54,159 bases of DNA, from contig CAYVXT010000034.1 of NCBI GenBank assembly GCA_964455485.1, forward strand, positions 1-54,159, in the 5' to 3' direction. Origin of the DNA: an uncultured Candidatus Saccharibacteria bacterium. GTDB taxonomy: Bacteria; Patescibacteriota; Minisyncoccia; Phycocordibacterales; WO2-35-19. Of the stretch, positions 41,210 through 50,019 are shown in pieces. The stretch's first letter is position 1. Each line of letters opens with the position of its first letter. Under the pieces are notes generated by a model, which did no database searches, was not told the DNA's origin, and saw only the letters and a program-made list of their open reading frames with translations. Position numbers and translations under genes: made by a program.

Positions 41210-41662
41210 ATGAGTGCAATAGCAAATAGTTATAAGAAAGGTAGGATGATGGAAACAACTGTTTCCATAAACATCAATACTTCGCCAGAAAAAATATGGG
41301 AAATATTGACTAATGGACCAAGGTACACAAGTTGGAATTCAACAGTTATAAGTTTGGAAGGGAATATAAAAAAAGGAGAGAAAATAAAACTCACATCAAC
41401 AAGTGACCCAAAAAGAGTTTTTAAGCTCAATGTTGTTGAGTTTGATTCTCCAACAAAAATGGTTTGGAGTGATGGAAACTTTATGTTTAAAGGGGTAAGA
41501 ACATTTAGTTTAGATAAAAAGAGTGACGGTAGTACTGATTTTAAAATGACCGAAGTTTTCAGCGGATTAATGTTGCCACTCATTGCAAAATCTCTCCCAG
41601 ATTTTAAACCATATTTCCAGAAATTTGCAGAAGATCTTAAGGTGGTTGCTGAAAACAGTTAA
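41210..41662 (+). CDS. SRPBCC-superfamily protein
   Basis: SININTSPEKIWEILTNGPRYTSWNS is the typical N-terminal strand-helix signature of the family. The start may be an internal Met. Confidence 0.6.
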   Translation: MSAIANSYKKGRMMETTVSININTSPEKIWEILTNGPRYTSWNSTVISLEGNIKKGEKIKLTSTSDPKRVFKLNVVEFDSPTKMVWSDGNFMFKGVRTFSLDKKSDGSTDFKMTEVFSGLMLPLIAKSLPDFKPYFQKFAEDLKVVAENS

Positions 41663-41682
41663 GTTATAACTAACTAATATTT

Positions 41683-42090
41683 ATGGCCAAACAAAAAGGT
41701 ACCAAAGAAAGTCCATGGAAACTTAAAACTCCTCCTCACACATCAGAATACATAATGTATAAAGAGGAGAGGGATGGTAAGGAAGTGATAGTATGCGAAG
41801 TTGGCAAGACCACACTCCTGTATGATTCAAGGGCTATAGAAGATTTGCATAAGATGTTAAAAAAGCATGGCGATTGGATGGAGCTTGGAAGTGCAGATGA
41901 ACAAAAGCCAGCTAAAGCTGGAACAGTGGAAGCTTGGGGAAGATCAAAAAGCAATCCGGTTGGTGGATGGTATGGCCTCAAAAAAGGACTTAGAGGAAGA
42001 TTTGGTATGTACATGCCACCTTTGTTAGAGGAATTGGGTTTAGCTGAAGTTGAGCATAACCCAAAGGGTAATAGAATGAAGGCGATTTAA
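41683..42090 (+). CDS. hypothetical conserved small protein
   Basis: SPWKLKTPPHTSEY...GDWMELGSADEQKP...GTVEAWGRSKSNPVGGWYGLKKGLRGRFGMYMPPLLEELGLAEVEH looks like a widely distributed uncharacterised family. Somewhat more GC-rich than its neighbours. Confidence 0.6.
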   Translation: MAKQKGTKESPWKLKTPPHTSEYIMYKEERDGKEVIVCEVGKTTLLYDSRAIEDLHKMLKKHGDWMELGSADEQKPAKAGTVEAWGRSKSNPVGGWYGLKKGLRGRFGMYMPPLLEELGLAEVEHNPKGNRMKAI

Positions 42091-42108
42091 TAATTAATAA
42101 TAAGTAAT

Positions 42109-42528
42109 ATGGAACAAAATATAGGTAAATTAAAAGTTTTCCTAAAAGTTTTTGGTGTAATATCAATTTTGTTATTCGGATTTCTTTTTGTGGCTACATT
42201 ATTTGATTTACCTGCAATGCAAGAAGGTGGTTCAATGAGATTTTTAAGATGGGATGTGCTTTCAAAGCATGTTGAACTAATGATAGAGTCTGTTTATTTA
42301 ACCTGGGGAATATTTTTGTTGATTGCAGCAAAAAATCCTATGGCAAACCTATCATTTTTGCGATTTACCGCTTGGGCAAATTTGGTACATGGTATTGTGA
42401 TGACCCCTCAATCAATGATGCTGCACGGGTTTATGTATAAAATGTTTACTGACGTAGCATATTGTATTGTTTTGGCAATAGGCTTGTTCATACTTCTTCC
42501 AAAAGGGATACAAGAAAAAAACTTGTAA
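42109..42528 (+). CDS. hypothetical membrane protein
   Basis: 139-aa ORF with 3-4 TM helices. Confidence 0.55.
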   Translation: MEQNIGKLKVFLKVFGVISILLFGFLFVATLFDLPAMQEGGSMRFLRWDVLSKHVELMIESVYLTWGIFLLIAAKNPMANLSFLRFTAWANLVHGIVMTPQSMMLHGFMYKMFTDVAYCIVLAIGLFILLPKGIQEKNL

Positions 42529-42549
42529 TAAACTGTCCACATGAAGTAA

Positions 42550-42578
42550 CACAAAACCGCCGTTATGGCGGTTTTGTG
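42550..42578 (+). terminator. stem-loop terminator
   Basis: cacaaaaccgcc-gttat-ggcggttttgtg forms a 12-bp stem. It is followed by tgatataat, a likely -10 for pilM. Confidence 0.65.
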
Positions 42579-42593
42579 TGATATAATTTTTCT

Positions 42594-43559
42594 ATGAAAA
42601 TCGGGTTTCTATCTAAGTATTTTCCACCTCCTCAATTTTTAAAACCTCATCATATCGGAATGGCTTTTTCTGATTCGTATATAAAGGTTGTTTCAAAAGA
42701 AAGGTCAACCGTGAGAGCTAATTTTAAAAGTTTAGTTATACCTTTGGATCCAGGTACTATAACTGGGGGGAAAATTTCGAATCCAGAAACATTGAAGGAA
42801 AAGTTGCTGCAAGTAAAAAAAGAGTTTAGCAATCCATTTGTTTTTTTTGCAATTCCTGATGAATTGGCTTACATCTTTACAACTACCATACCAATAGCAG
42901 AAGGTGTACAAGTATCCGAAGCAATAGCATTTGGAATTGAAGAGAATGTACCACTTACATTGGCGGACACTACTTTCGATTTCGAGCCCTCTAGCATAGT
43001 TGGAATGCAAGGTGGATACGGAGCTTCTGTTGTTGTTACTGCAACCATGAAAAAGGAGATCGAAAAATATATAAAAGTAATTTCTGATAGTGGTTTAGAA
43101 GCTGTAGGAGCGATCAGTGAATCTCAGGCAATCGCAAACTCAGTTATAAAACACGGCTCGCAAGGGACATTTTGTATAGTGCACTCAAGAGAAGATAGGA
43201 TAGGCATATATTTAGTAAAAAATAACATAGTGCAATTTGCCACCATTCGCGGTGCTGTTAATGGGGATTTTAAAAAACAGTTTTTGGATGAATTTGATAA
43301 ATTTTTGGAATACTCGATTAAATATGGGGGAGGAGAAAAGGATCCAATAACTACAATATTTGTATGTGGTGAATTTCAAGCATCAGAGCAGGCGATAGAA
43401 GCCATAATGGCTATGGGGTCTAAAGTTCCTTCTGCTAAGTTGGCAAATGTGTGGACAAACCTTCTCAAAATCGAAGAGACAACACCTAACATTAGTTATG
43501 AAAACTCGCTAAATCTCGCAGGTCCTATCGGTACAATTATTTCTGACATCATATATTAA
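42594..43559 (+). CDS. pilM: type IV pilus assembly protein PilM (actin-like ATPase fold)
   Basis: 321 aa. It is followed by two single-TM proteins in the usual pilM-N-O order. The call rests mainly on the order and size of the three genes. Confidence 0.65.
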   Translation: MKIGFLSKYFPPPQFLKPHHIGMAFSDSYIKVVSKERSTVRANFKSLVIPLDPGTITGGKISNPETLKEKLLQVKKEFSNPFVFFAIPDELAYIFTTTIPIAEGVQVSEAIAFGIEENVPLTLADTTFDFEPSSIVGMQGGYGASVVVTATMKKEIEKYIKVISDSGLEAVGAISESQAIANSVIKHGSQGTFCIVHSREDRIGIYLVKNNIVQFATIRGAVNGDFKKQFLDEFDKFLEYSIKYGGGEKDPITTIFVCGEFQASEQAIEAIMAMGSKVPSAKLANVWTNLLKIEETTPNISYENSLNLAGPIGTIISDIIY

Positions 43560-43563
43560 TATT

Positions 43564-44103
43564 ATGAATCTTATTACAGAATCACAGAAGGAATTATTGA
43601 AAATCGGACTAAAGAGAAGGTTTTATATTGTCGCTCTTTGTTTAATGTCTGCAATGTTTGTTTCGGCTACAGTAATGCTAATACCACCATATGTTATGAC
43701 GATGGGGCAAGCTGAAAATTTGTTGATTCATAATACAGAATCTGCAGATGAAAAATCAGTAAAAGATTTACTTGATTTACCCCGGCAAATAGAAGCAAGA
43801 TTGAAGTTGTATCAAAATAATCTTTCTCAAGGATACACCTCATCGTACATAACGAAGACTATATCGAATATGCCGCAAGGCATTTCGCTTGAAAGCATAT
43901 CGTTTTCAAGAGAGCAGCTGTATAAAGAAAAGAGGGGTACATTGCTTACTGTTGCCGGGACAGCTTCTGATAGGGAGGCCCTGGTTGTATTTTCAAATAA
44001 ATTAAAAGATGCTGAAATATTTTCACTTGTCGACGTGCCAATTTCAAATCTGGCTAAAGGGAAGGACCTACCTTTTACGATAAATTTGTTTATAGCAAAA
44101 TAG
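43564..44103 (+). CDS. pilN: PilN-like single-pass membrane protein
   Basis: 179 aa with an N-terminal basic stretch and a TM (RRFYIVALCLMSAMFVSATVMLIPPYV). Positioned after pilM. Confidence 0.55.
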   Translation: MNLITESQKELLKIGLKRRFYIVALCLMSAMFVSATVMLIPPYVMTMGQAENLLIHNTESADEKSVKDLLDLPRQIEARLKLYQNNLSQGYTSSYITKTISNMPQGISLESISFSREQLYKEKRGTLLTVAGTASDREALVVFSNKLKDAEIFSLVDVPISNLAKGKDLPFTINLFIAK

Positions 44104-44104
44104 A

Positions 44105-44629
44105 ATGAATAACTGGATTCCAAGCAAAAAATACTTAACAATCGCAATGCTAGTTTTTGTGACAAGCACAATGATTTATGTTGCCGGCCTGTTTCTGGTT
44201 AATTGGGAAATCAGAAAAATTGAAAAAACTTACAATAATACCGAATCTGATGCGGCTAGATATGGTAGAGCAAAAGAAATCAACGCAGTAGCTGCAGCGA
44301 ATGAGGAGCAAATTAAAATATTAAAGGAGTTTTTTGTTGATAAAGAGAATCAAGTCGGGTTCATAGAGCAAATTGAAAATACAGCCAAAGATTCTAAAAT
44401 TAAATTCTCCATAGAATCTATTAATTCCGTTCCAGATAAAACAGAATCAGTGAAAGAAGATCTTATTGTGCAAATTATTATAGAGGGTGAGTGGTTGGAC
44501 CTGGTAAGGTTTGTGGATTCTGTTGAGAAAATGCCTTTTGGAGTTTTGATACAAAAAATTAGTTTAGAATATAAATCAAAAGGTGAATGGTCAGGTAGGC
44601 TAGAAATAGTAGCTTATAAAGAAAAATGA
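44105..44629 (+). CDS. pilO: PilO-like single-pass membrane protein
   Basis: 174 aa with a TM, a coiled-coil and an alpha/beta C-terminal domain. Positioned after pilN. Confidence 0.5.
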   Translation: MNNWIPSKKYLTIAMLVFVTSTMIYVAGLFLVNWEIRKIEKTYNNTESDAARYGRAKEINAVAAANEEQIKILKEFFVDKENQVGFIEQIENTAKDSKIKFSIESINSVPDKTESVKEDLIVQIIIEGEWLDLVRFVDSVEKMPFGVLIQKISLEYKSKGEWSGRLEIVAYKEK

Positions 44630-44934
44630 AATTCCTAAATTTTAAATTTGGTAAAAATAAAGTTCCAAAACTTTCTTCCATCAAACCGGTAATTTTTGAT
44701 GTAAACCAAAAGTGGTTTATTCTACTTGCTCTGTCGTCGATTATTTTTATTGTTACAGCCCTTGTTGCCTTAAATCTATTTAGGATGATGTATCTTGAGA
44801 CCTATAAAACCACCTCTGCTCCGGAAGACATAAACGGCTTATTGAATATAGATAAACTCAAATCTTCTATAGAGAGAAGAGAGACATCTCGTACGCAAGC
44901 TTTTGAAGCTCCTCAAGACCCAGCTTCCCGATAG
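44626..44934 (+). CDS. hypothetical single-pass membrane protein (last gene of the pilMNO operon)
   Basis: 102 aa. Overlaps the pilO stop by 4 nt. One TM helix. Confidence 0.5.
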   Translation: MKFLNFKFGKNKVPKLSSIKPVIFDVNQKWFILLALSSIIFIVTALVALNLFRMMYLETYKTTSAPEDINGLLNIDKLKSSIERRETSRTQAFEAPQDPASR

Positions 44935-44943
44935 TATTTTCTG

Positions 44944-45015
44944 CGCCTCCGGCAGGAATCGAACCCACATCAACGCCTTAGAAGAGCGCTGCTCTATCCA
45001 TTGAGCTACGGAGGC
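44944..45015 (-). tRNA. tRNA-Arg (anticodon UCU)
   Basis: The minus strand reads GCCTCCG-TA-GCTC-AATGGATA-GAGC-A-GCGCT-CTTCTAA-GGCGT-TGAT-GTGGG-TTCGATT-CCTGC-CGGAGGC-G. Confidence 0.85.
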
Positions 45016-45144
45016 AATGGTGATGATAGATTAGCAGATTTTTTATATTTGTGCTATATTTTGAGGCATCAGAAATTTTGGTCGAAAATACATAATAGCT
45101 TCGCTAAAATGCATTTTCGACACGATTTTTGTTGTGCAAAAATC

Positions 45145-45217
45145 GCGCGCTTAGCTCAGTTGGTAGAGCAACCCGTTTACACCGGGAAGGTCAGGAGTTC
45201 AAGTCTCTTAGCGCGCA
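45145..45217 (+). tRNA. tRNA-Val (anticodon UAC)
   Basis: GCGCGCT-TA-GCTC-AGTTGGTA-GAGC-A-ACCCG-TTTACAC-CGGGA-AGGTC-AGGAG-TTCAAGT-CTCTT-AGCGCGC-A. Confidence 0.9.
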
Positions 45218-45222
45218 CTAGG

Positions 45223-45966
45223 ATGGATATAAAAATTCTCTATGAAGATGAATACGTGCTTGCTTTGAATAAGCCGAGCGGTATTTTGGTACATTCTGAC
45301 GGTAAATCAAAAGAAAAAACTTTGTCAGATTGGGTTCGAGAAAATTATCCAACACTAAAAGATGTGGGAGAGCCCCAAACTCTTATAAACGGGGAAGTGG
45401 TGACTCGTCCCGGTATTGTACACCGACTCGATAGGGACACTAGTGGGGTGATAATAGTTGCTAAAACAAAGGAAGCCCATGCATTTTTAAAGGGGCAATT
45501 TCAAAATAGAGAAGTTCAAAAAATATATCACGCAGTAGTTCATGGAAAGTTTTCAGAAGACAAACTCCAAGGGGTTATTGATAAACCAATTGGCAGGAGC
45601 ACTACTGGTACAAAATGGTCAGCTGAGTTTGGGGCAAAAGGTGAGATGAGGGAGGCGCTGACTGAGTACAGAGTGGTTGGACAACAAGACATGGATAATA
45701 AATACCAATTTGCATATCTTGAAGTGATGCCAAAGACTGGTCGTACTCACCAAATCAGAGTGCACTTGAAATCAATTTCTCACCCCGTAATTTGTGACAA
45801 AGTTTATGGTACGAAAGACACGTTTGAAATTGGGCAAAAAATTGGATTTTCAAGGCTTGCACTTCATGCCTATTCAATAAGTTTAAAACTCCCCAACAAT
45901 ACTTTTATAAAAATAGATGCTCCTTTACCTGAAGAGTTTGAAAAAGTTAAATTACAGTTAAAGTAA
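45223..45966 (+). CDS. RluA-family pseudouridine synthase
   Basis: I prefer the ATG at 45223 because the listed ORF start at 45001 runs across two tRNA genes. Catalytic motif HRLDRDTSGV, plus KTGRTHQIRVH. Confidence 0.85.
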   Translation: MDIKILYEDEYVLALNKPSGILVHSDGKSKEKTLSDWVRENYPTLKDVGEPQTLINGEVVTRPGIVHRLDRDTSGVIIVAKTKEAHAFLKGQFQNREVQKIYHAVVHGKFSEDKLQGVIDKPIGRSTTGTKWSAEFGAKGEMREALTEYRVVGQQDMDNKYQFAYLEVMPKTGRTHQIRVHLKSISHPVICDKVYGTKDTFEIGQKIGFSRLALHAYSISLKLPNNTFIKIDAPLPEEFEKVKLQLK

Positions 45967-45999
45967 AGAGCGCGAAGTTGCCTCCGCGCTCGTTCCTGG

Positions 46000-46395
46000 T
46001 CATTTTCTCTTTCTTTTGGTTCGTAACTCGAGCCTAACAAGAATACGGTTTGCTTGGTCAGGGTTGTATTTGACCCCAAACAAACTGTGAATTGCGCTGG
46101 AAATTTTTCTGCCAGACCACCTCCCTTTGAACCCAAAATTTTCCGGGCTATCGGCATAAATGAGAGGGATCTGAGTGATTTGATCCGCTCTCAATTTTGC
46201 TGGTCGGCCAGTTGATTTCCGTGCTTTTGCTCCTATGTGGCCATTGGCTAAGAATTGCGCATACCATCTAGATGCGGTGGCACGACTGACTCCATATTCT
46301 CTCGCAATCGCCGCTTGGCCGTATCCAGCATCAAAGAGTTTAAAAGCGGCAATTCTACGCTGCTCCATCTCTTCCCGGGATAAAAATTCTTTCAT
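46000..46395 (-). mobile_element. IS630/Tc1-type transposase N-terminal DNA-binding fragment (HTH domains only, no DDE domain)
   Basis: AAFKLFDAGYGQAAIAREYGVSRATASRWYAQF...GRPAKL...FGFKGRWSGRKISSAIHSLFGVKYNPDQANRIL shows the paired HTH / winged-helix pattern of IS630 transposases. The ORF stops after ~131 aa, 33 nt from the rluA-family stop. Visibly GC-rich relative to its surroundings. Confidence 0.6.
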
Positions 46396-46477
46396 TTGGT
46401 ACCCCCAATAAAACATAAATCATTTATTAATAAAGTCAATGAATTGAAAAATGGCCCAAAAATGATATATTTTGTGT

Positions 46478-49400
46478 ATGAAAGAGGAAAATACCAAATC
46501 TAAAGCCGCACAGAGAGAAGAAGAAATACTAAAATTCTGGCAGGATAACAAAATTTTTGAAAAAAGCCTTGAAAATACGCGAGCTCACGGATCAAAGGGT
46601 GAATTTGTGTTTTATGAAGGTCCTCCTACAGCAAATGCTAAACCCGCGTTACATCACCTTGAGGCAAGAGTGTTTAAAGACATAATTCCACGCTACAAAA
46701 CCATGCGTGGGTTTAGTGTGCCTAGACGTGCAGGTTGGGATACGCACGGTCTTCCTGTTGAGCTTCAGATCGAAAAGAAACTCGGATTAAAATCAAAAAA
46801 AGATATAGAAAAGTATGGAGTAGAGCAATTTAACAAAAAATGCAAAGAAAGCGTTTTCGAATACATAGGAGATTGGGAAAAATTTACTGACCGTATTGGT
46901 TATTGGGTTCTCAAAGAGAGCGCGTATTACACCTTCAATCCAGAATACATGGAAACAGTATGGCATGTGGTCAAAAAAGTGAATGATCAAGGTTTACTTT
47001 ATAAAGACTACAAGGTAGTACCTTGGTGTCCGCGATGCGGCACAGCGCTTTCTTCGCACGAACTTGCTCAAGGATATGAGGATGTTAAAGATTTGTCCGT
47101 TACAGTTAAATTTCGTTTGAAACCAGGTCAAAAATTTGGTGAATACGAAACTAAAGATCATGCTTATATATTGGCATGGACTACTACTCCGTGGACACTA
47201 CCGGGCAATGTTGCTTTGGCTGTGGGTGAAAAAATTAAATATTCTGCGTTAAGAGTTGAAGGTGTTTCAGAATTATTGATCCTTGCCACTGAAAGAGTTG
47301 CCGAAGTGTTAAAAGACCAAAAAATTGAAGTAGTACATGACGATATTTTAGGAAAAGATTTGGTAGGGCTAGAATACGAGCCTCTTTACCCATACCTTAA
47401 AGACAATCTTCCGGATTTGGAAAAAACAAAACTTGAAAAGGCATACAAAGTGTACTCGGCAGATTTTGTAACAACTGAAGATGGTACAGGTGTGGTGCAT
47501 ACCGCCGTTATGTATGGGCAGGATGACTTTGTTTTAGGTACTGAAATTGGTTTACCTAAATATCACTTAGTAAATGAAGACGGGACTTTTAAAAATGAAG
47601 TAAAAGAGTTTGCAGGACGGTTTGTAAAAGATGAGGATGTGGCAGTAGATATAATAAAAGACTTGGCGCATAGAAATCTTTTGTTTAAAAAAGAAAAGTA
47701 TGAACACTCGTACCCGCATTGTTGGAGGTGTAAAACTCCACTTATATATTTTGCAAGAGACTCTTGGTATATAAGAATGTCTGAATTAAGAGATAAGTTG
47801 GTAGCTGAAAACGAAAACATAAAATGGGTACCCGATCATATAAAAGAAGGTAGGTTTGGAGAGTGGCTTAGAGATATAAAAGATTGGGCAATTTCACGCG
47901 AAAGGTATTGGGGTACGCCACTTCCAATTTGGCAGAACGAAGCGGGCGGCATCACGGTGGTCGGTAGTGTTGATGAATTAAAGCAAAAAGTTAAAAAATC
48001 TGGCAACAAATATTTTACTCTTCGTCATGGACAGGCTGAAAGTAATTTGAATGATTTAATAAATTCAAATCCTAGCAACATTTACCATCTTACTGAAGAG
48101 GGTAGGTCTCAAGCAAAAATTGCAGCTCAAGATTTACCTAAGGATATTGACTTTATAATCTCTTCTCCTTTTATAAGGTGTAAAGAGACAGCTGAAATTG
48201 CTCGCGTTGCTCTAGGTCTTGATGAAAAAAATTTGGTAGTGGATGAACGTATAGGTGAGTTTAAAAAGGGAGAAAATTTGGAAGGTAAACCATGGGAGGA
48301 ATATTGGAAGCTTTTCAAAAACACTAAAGAGAGATTTGAGATCTCACCAGATGGAGGAGAAACTCTTTTGGATTTAAACAAAAGGATGGGAAAATTTTTA
48401 TATGATTTAGAAAACAAATATTCTGATAAAAAAATCCTCATAGTCAGTCATGAAGGTCCTATAACGGCTCTTCATACTGTTGCCAAAGGGGTATCTGTGA
48501 GTGAAGCAATCAAAATAAAAGATGGTGGCGAATTTAGATCAGGTTTCGCAGAATTTCTAAATTTAGATTTTGTGCCATTACCTCACAACGAAAATTATGA
48601 GTTAGATCTACATAAACCTTACATTGACGAGGTGGTTTTGGTAGACGAAAAAGGACAGGAATTAAAAAGAGTGAAAGAGGTAATGGATGTTTGGTTTGAC
48701 TCCGGTTCAATGCCATTTGCCCAAGAAGGTTTAAAGAATTTGGATAAAATGCAGTATCCAGCTGACTTTTTTGCTGAAGCTATAGATCAAACACGTGGAT
48801 GGTTTTATACACTCCATGCTATCGGGATACTCATGGGTAAAGGTAGAGCGTACAATAATGTAATTTGCCTCGGCCACATTTTGGATTCTCAAGGTAAAAA
48901 GATGTCAAAGTCTGTTGGAAATATTGTGGACCCTTGGGTAATGATAAATAAGTATGGGGTGGATTCGCTCAGACTTTGGATGTACACCGTGAATCAACCT
49001 GGGGATTCTAAAAACTTTGATGAAAAAACAGTTGATGAATTGGTAAAGAAAACTTGGAACCCTCTAGAAAACATCATTTCGTTTGTAGAAATGTATGATT
49101 CTGAAAAAGTAAGTCCGTCATCTCAAAGTGAAGATGTTTTAGATAGATGGATAATCACTAGACTCATAGAACTCGTTAAAAACGGTACGAAAAATCTTGA
49201 TGAGTATGATATTTTTAGCGCAGGTCGACCAATACGCGATTTTGTATCTGATTTTTCTACTTGGTACATCAGAAGGTCGAGAGATAGGTTTAAGTCTGAT
49301 GATTTGAAAGATAAGAGCAATTCGCTTGCAACAACTAAATATGTGCTTCTTGAATTTTCAAAATATTTAGCACCTTTCACTCCATTTTTTGCTGAGTTTA

Positions 49401-49996
49401 TATATCAAAAAGTTAAAACTGAAAGCGGTCCCGAGAGTGTGCATCTTTGTAGTTGGCCATTTGATTCTAATCAAGACAAAGTCGACGAAGAGGTTTTGGA
49501 TAATATGAAAGAAGTAAGAAATACAGTTTCGTACGCTCTGGAAAAAAGAATGGCGGCAGGTATAAAAGTAAGACAGCCTTTAGGCAAGCTGAAAGTTAAA
49601 AGTGATAAGCTTAAGGGTGAAGAAGAATACATCAAGCTTGTAAAAGATGAAGTAAATGTAAAAGAAGTGGAATTTGATAATAGTTTGGAATCTGATGTTG
49701 AACTCGATACAAACCTCACAGAGGAATTAATAAAAGAGGGGAATGTAAGGGAGTTTATACGCGCAGTGCAGGATTTGAGAAAGGAAAGAGGTTTGTCTCC
49801 AAATGACAAAGTTAACTTGCTAGTTGAAACCGATAAGGAGGGTGAAGAATTTTTAATGTCTGCTAAAAGTGAAATATCAAAGCCAACAAATCTCCAAGAA
49901 ATACAGTTCGAGTCTAATTCTGGTAATGAATTGAAAATTGAAAACATGAATGGCGGTAATTCGGGTTGGAAATTCAAAATTGATTTAAAATTTTAA
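46478..49996 (+). CDS. ileS: isoleucine--tRNA ligase with a nested histidine-phosphatase-like domain
   Basis: FYEGPPTANAKPALHH (HIGH-region variant), WTTTPWTLPGN (editing domain), WAISRERYWGTPLPIW, DVWFDSGSMPFAQ, and KMSKS. An insert of ~200 aa at ~47999-48598 carries RHG, SPFIRCKETA, GET and SHEG motifs. Confidence 0.9.
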   Translation: MKEENTKSKAAQREEEILKFWQDNKIFEKSLENTRAHGSKGEFVFYEGPPTANAKPALHHLEARVFKDIIPRYKTMRGFSVPRRAGWDTHGLPVELQIEKKLGLKSKKDIEKYGVEQFNKKCKESVFEYIGDWEKFTDRIGYWVLKESAYYTFNPEYMETVWHVVKKVNDQGLLYKDYKVVPWCPRCGTALSSHELAQGYEDVKDLSVTVKFRLKPGQKFGEYETKDHAYILAWTTTPWTLPGNVALAVGEKIKYSALRVEGVSELLILATERVAEVLKDQKIEVVHDDILGKDLVGLEYEPLYPYLKDNLPDLEKTKLEKAYKVYSADFVTTEDGTGVVHTAVMYGQDDFVLGTEIGLPKYHLVNEDGTFKNEVKEFAGRFVKDEDVAVDIIKDLAHRNLLFKKEKYEHSYPHCWRCKTPLIYFARDSWYIRMSELRDKLVAENENIKWVPDHIKEGRFGEWLRDIKDWAISRERYWGTPLPIWQNEAGGITVVGSVDELKQKVKKSGNKYFTLRHGQAESNLNDLINSNPSNIYHLTEEGRSQAKIAAQDLPKDIDFIISSPFIRCKETAEIARVALGLDEKNLVVDERIGEFKKGENLEGKPWEEYWKLFKNTKERFEISPDGGETLLDLNKRMGKFLYDLENKYSDKKILIVSHEGPITALHTVAKGVSVSEAIKIKDGGEFRSGFAEFLNLDFVPLPHNENYELDLHKPYIDEVVLVDEKGQELKRVKEVMDVWFDSGSMPFAQEGLKNLDKMQYPADFFAEAIDQTRGWFYTLHAIGILMGKGRAYNNVICLGHILDSQGKKMSKSVGNIVDPWVMINKYGVDSLRLWMYTVNQPGDSKNFDEKTVDELVKKTWNPLENIISFVEMYDSEKVSPSSQSEDVLDRWIITRLIELVKNGTKNLDEYDIFSAGRPIRDFVSDFSTWYIRRSRDRFKSDDLKDKSNSLATTKYVLLEFSKYLAPFTPFFAEFIYQKVKTESGPESVHLCSWPFDSNQDKVDEEVLDNMKEVRNTVSYALEKRMAAGIKVRQPLGKLKVKSDKLKGEEEYIKLVKDEVNVKEVEFDNSLESDVELDTNLTEELIKEGNVREFIRAVQDLRKERGLSPNDKVNLLVETDKEGEEFLMSAKSEISKPTNLQEIQFESNSGNELKIENMNGGNSGWKFKIDLKF

Positions 49997-50019
49997 ATTT
50001 ATAATTAAAAATTTTAAAC

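Noticed and set aside
45001-45222. N-terminal 74-codon extension of the RluA-family ORF.
   Set aside because: The extension runs through tRNA-Arg(UCU) (opposite strand) and tRNA-Val. The conserved protein begins at the ATG at 45223.
46600-46660. Degenerate HIGH motif in IleRS (…ANAKPALHHLEARV, i.e. ALHH instead of H-x-G-H) as a sign of an inactive synthetase.
   Set aside because: From memory, many type-2 IleRS carry a …GIHH-type variant at this position. KMSKS, the editing motifs and the rest of the core are intact, so this is probably a normal subfamily feature.
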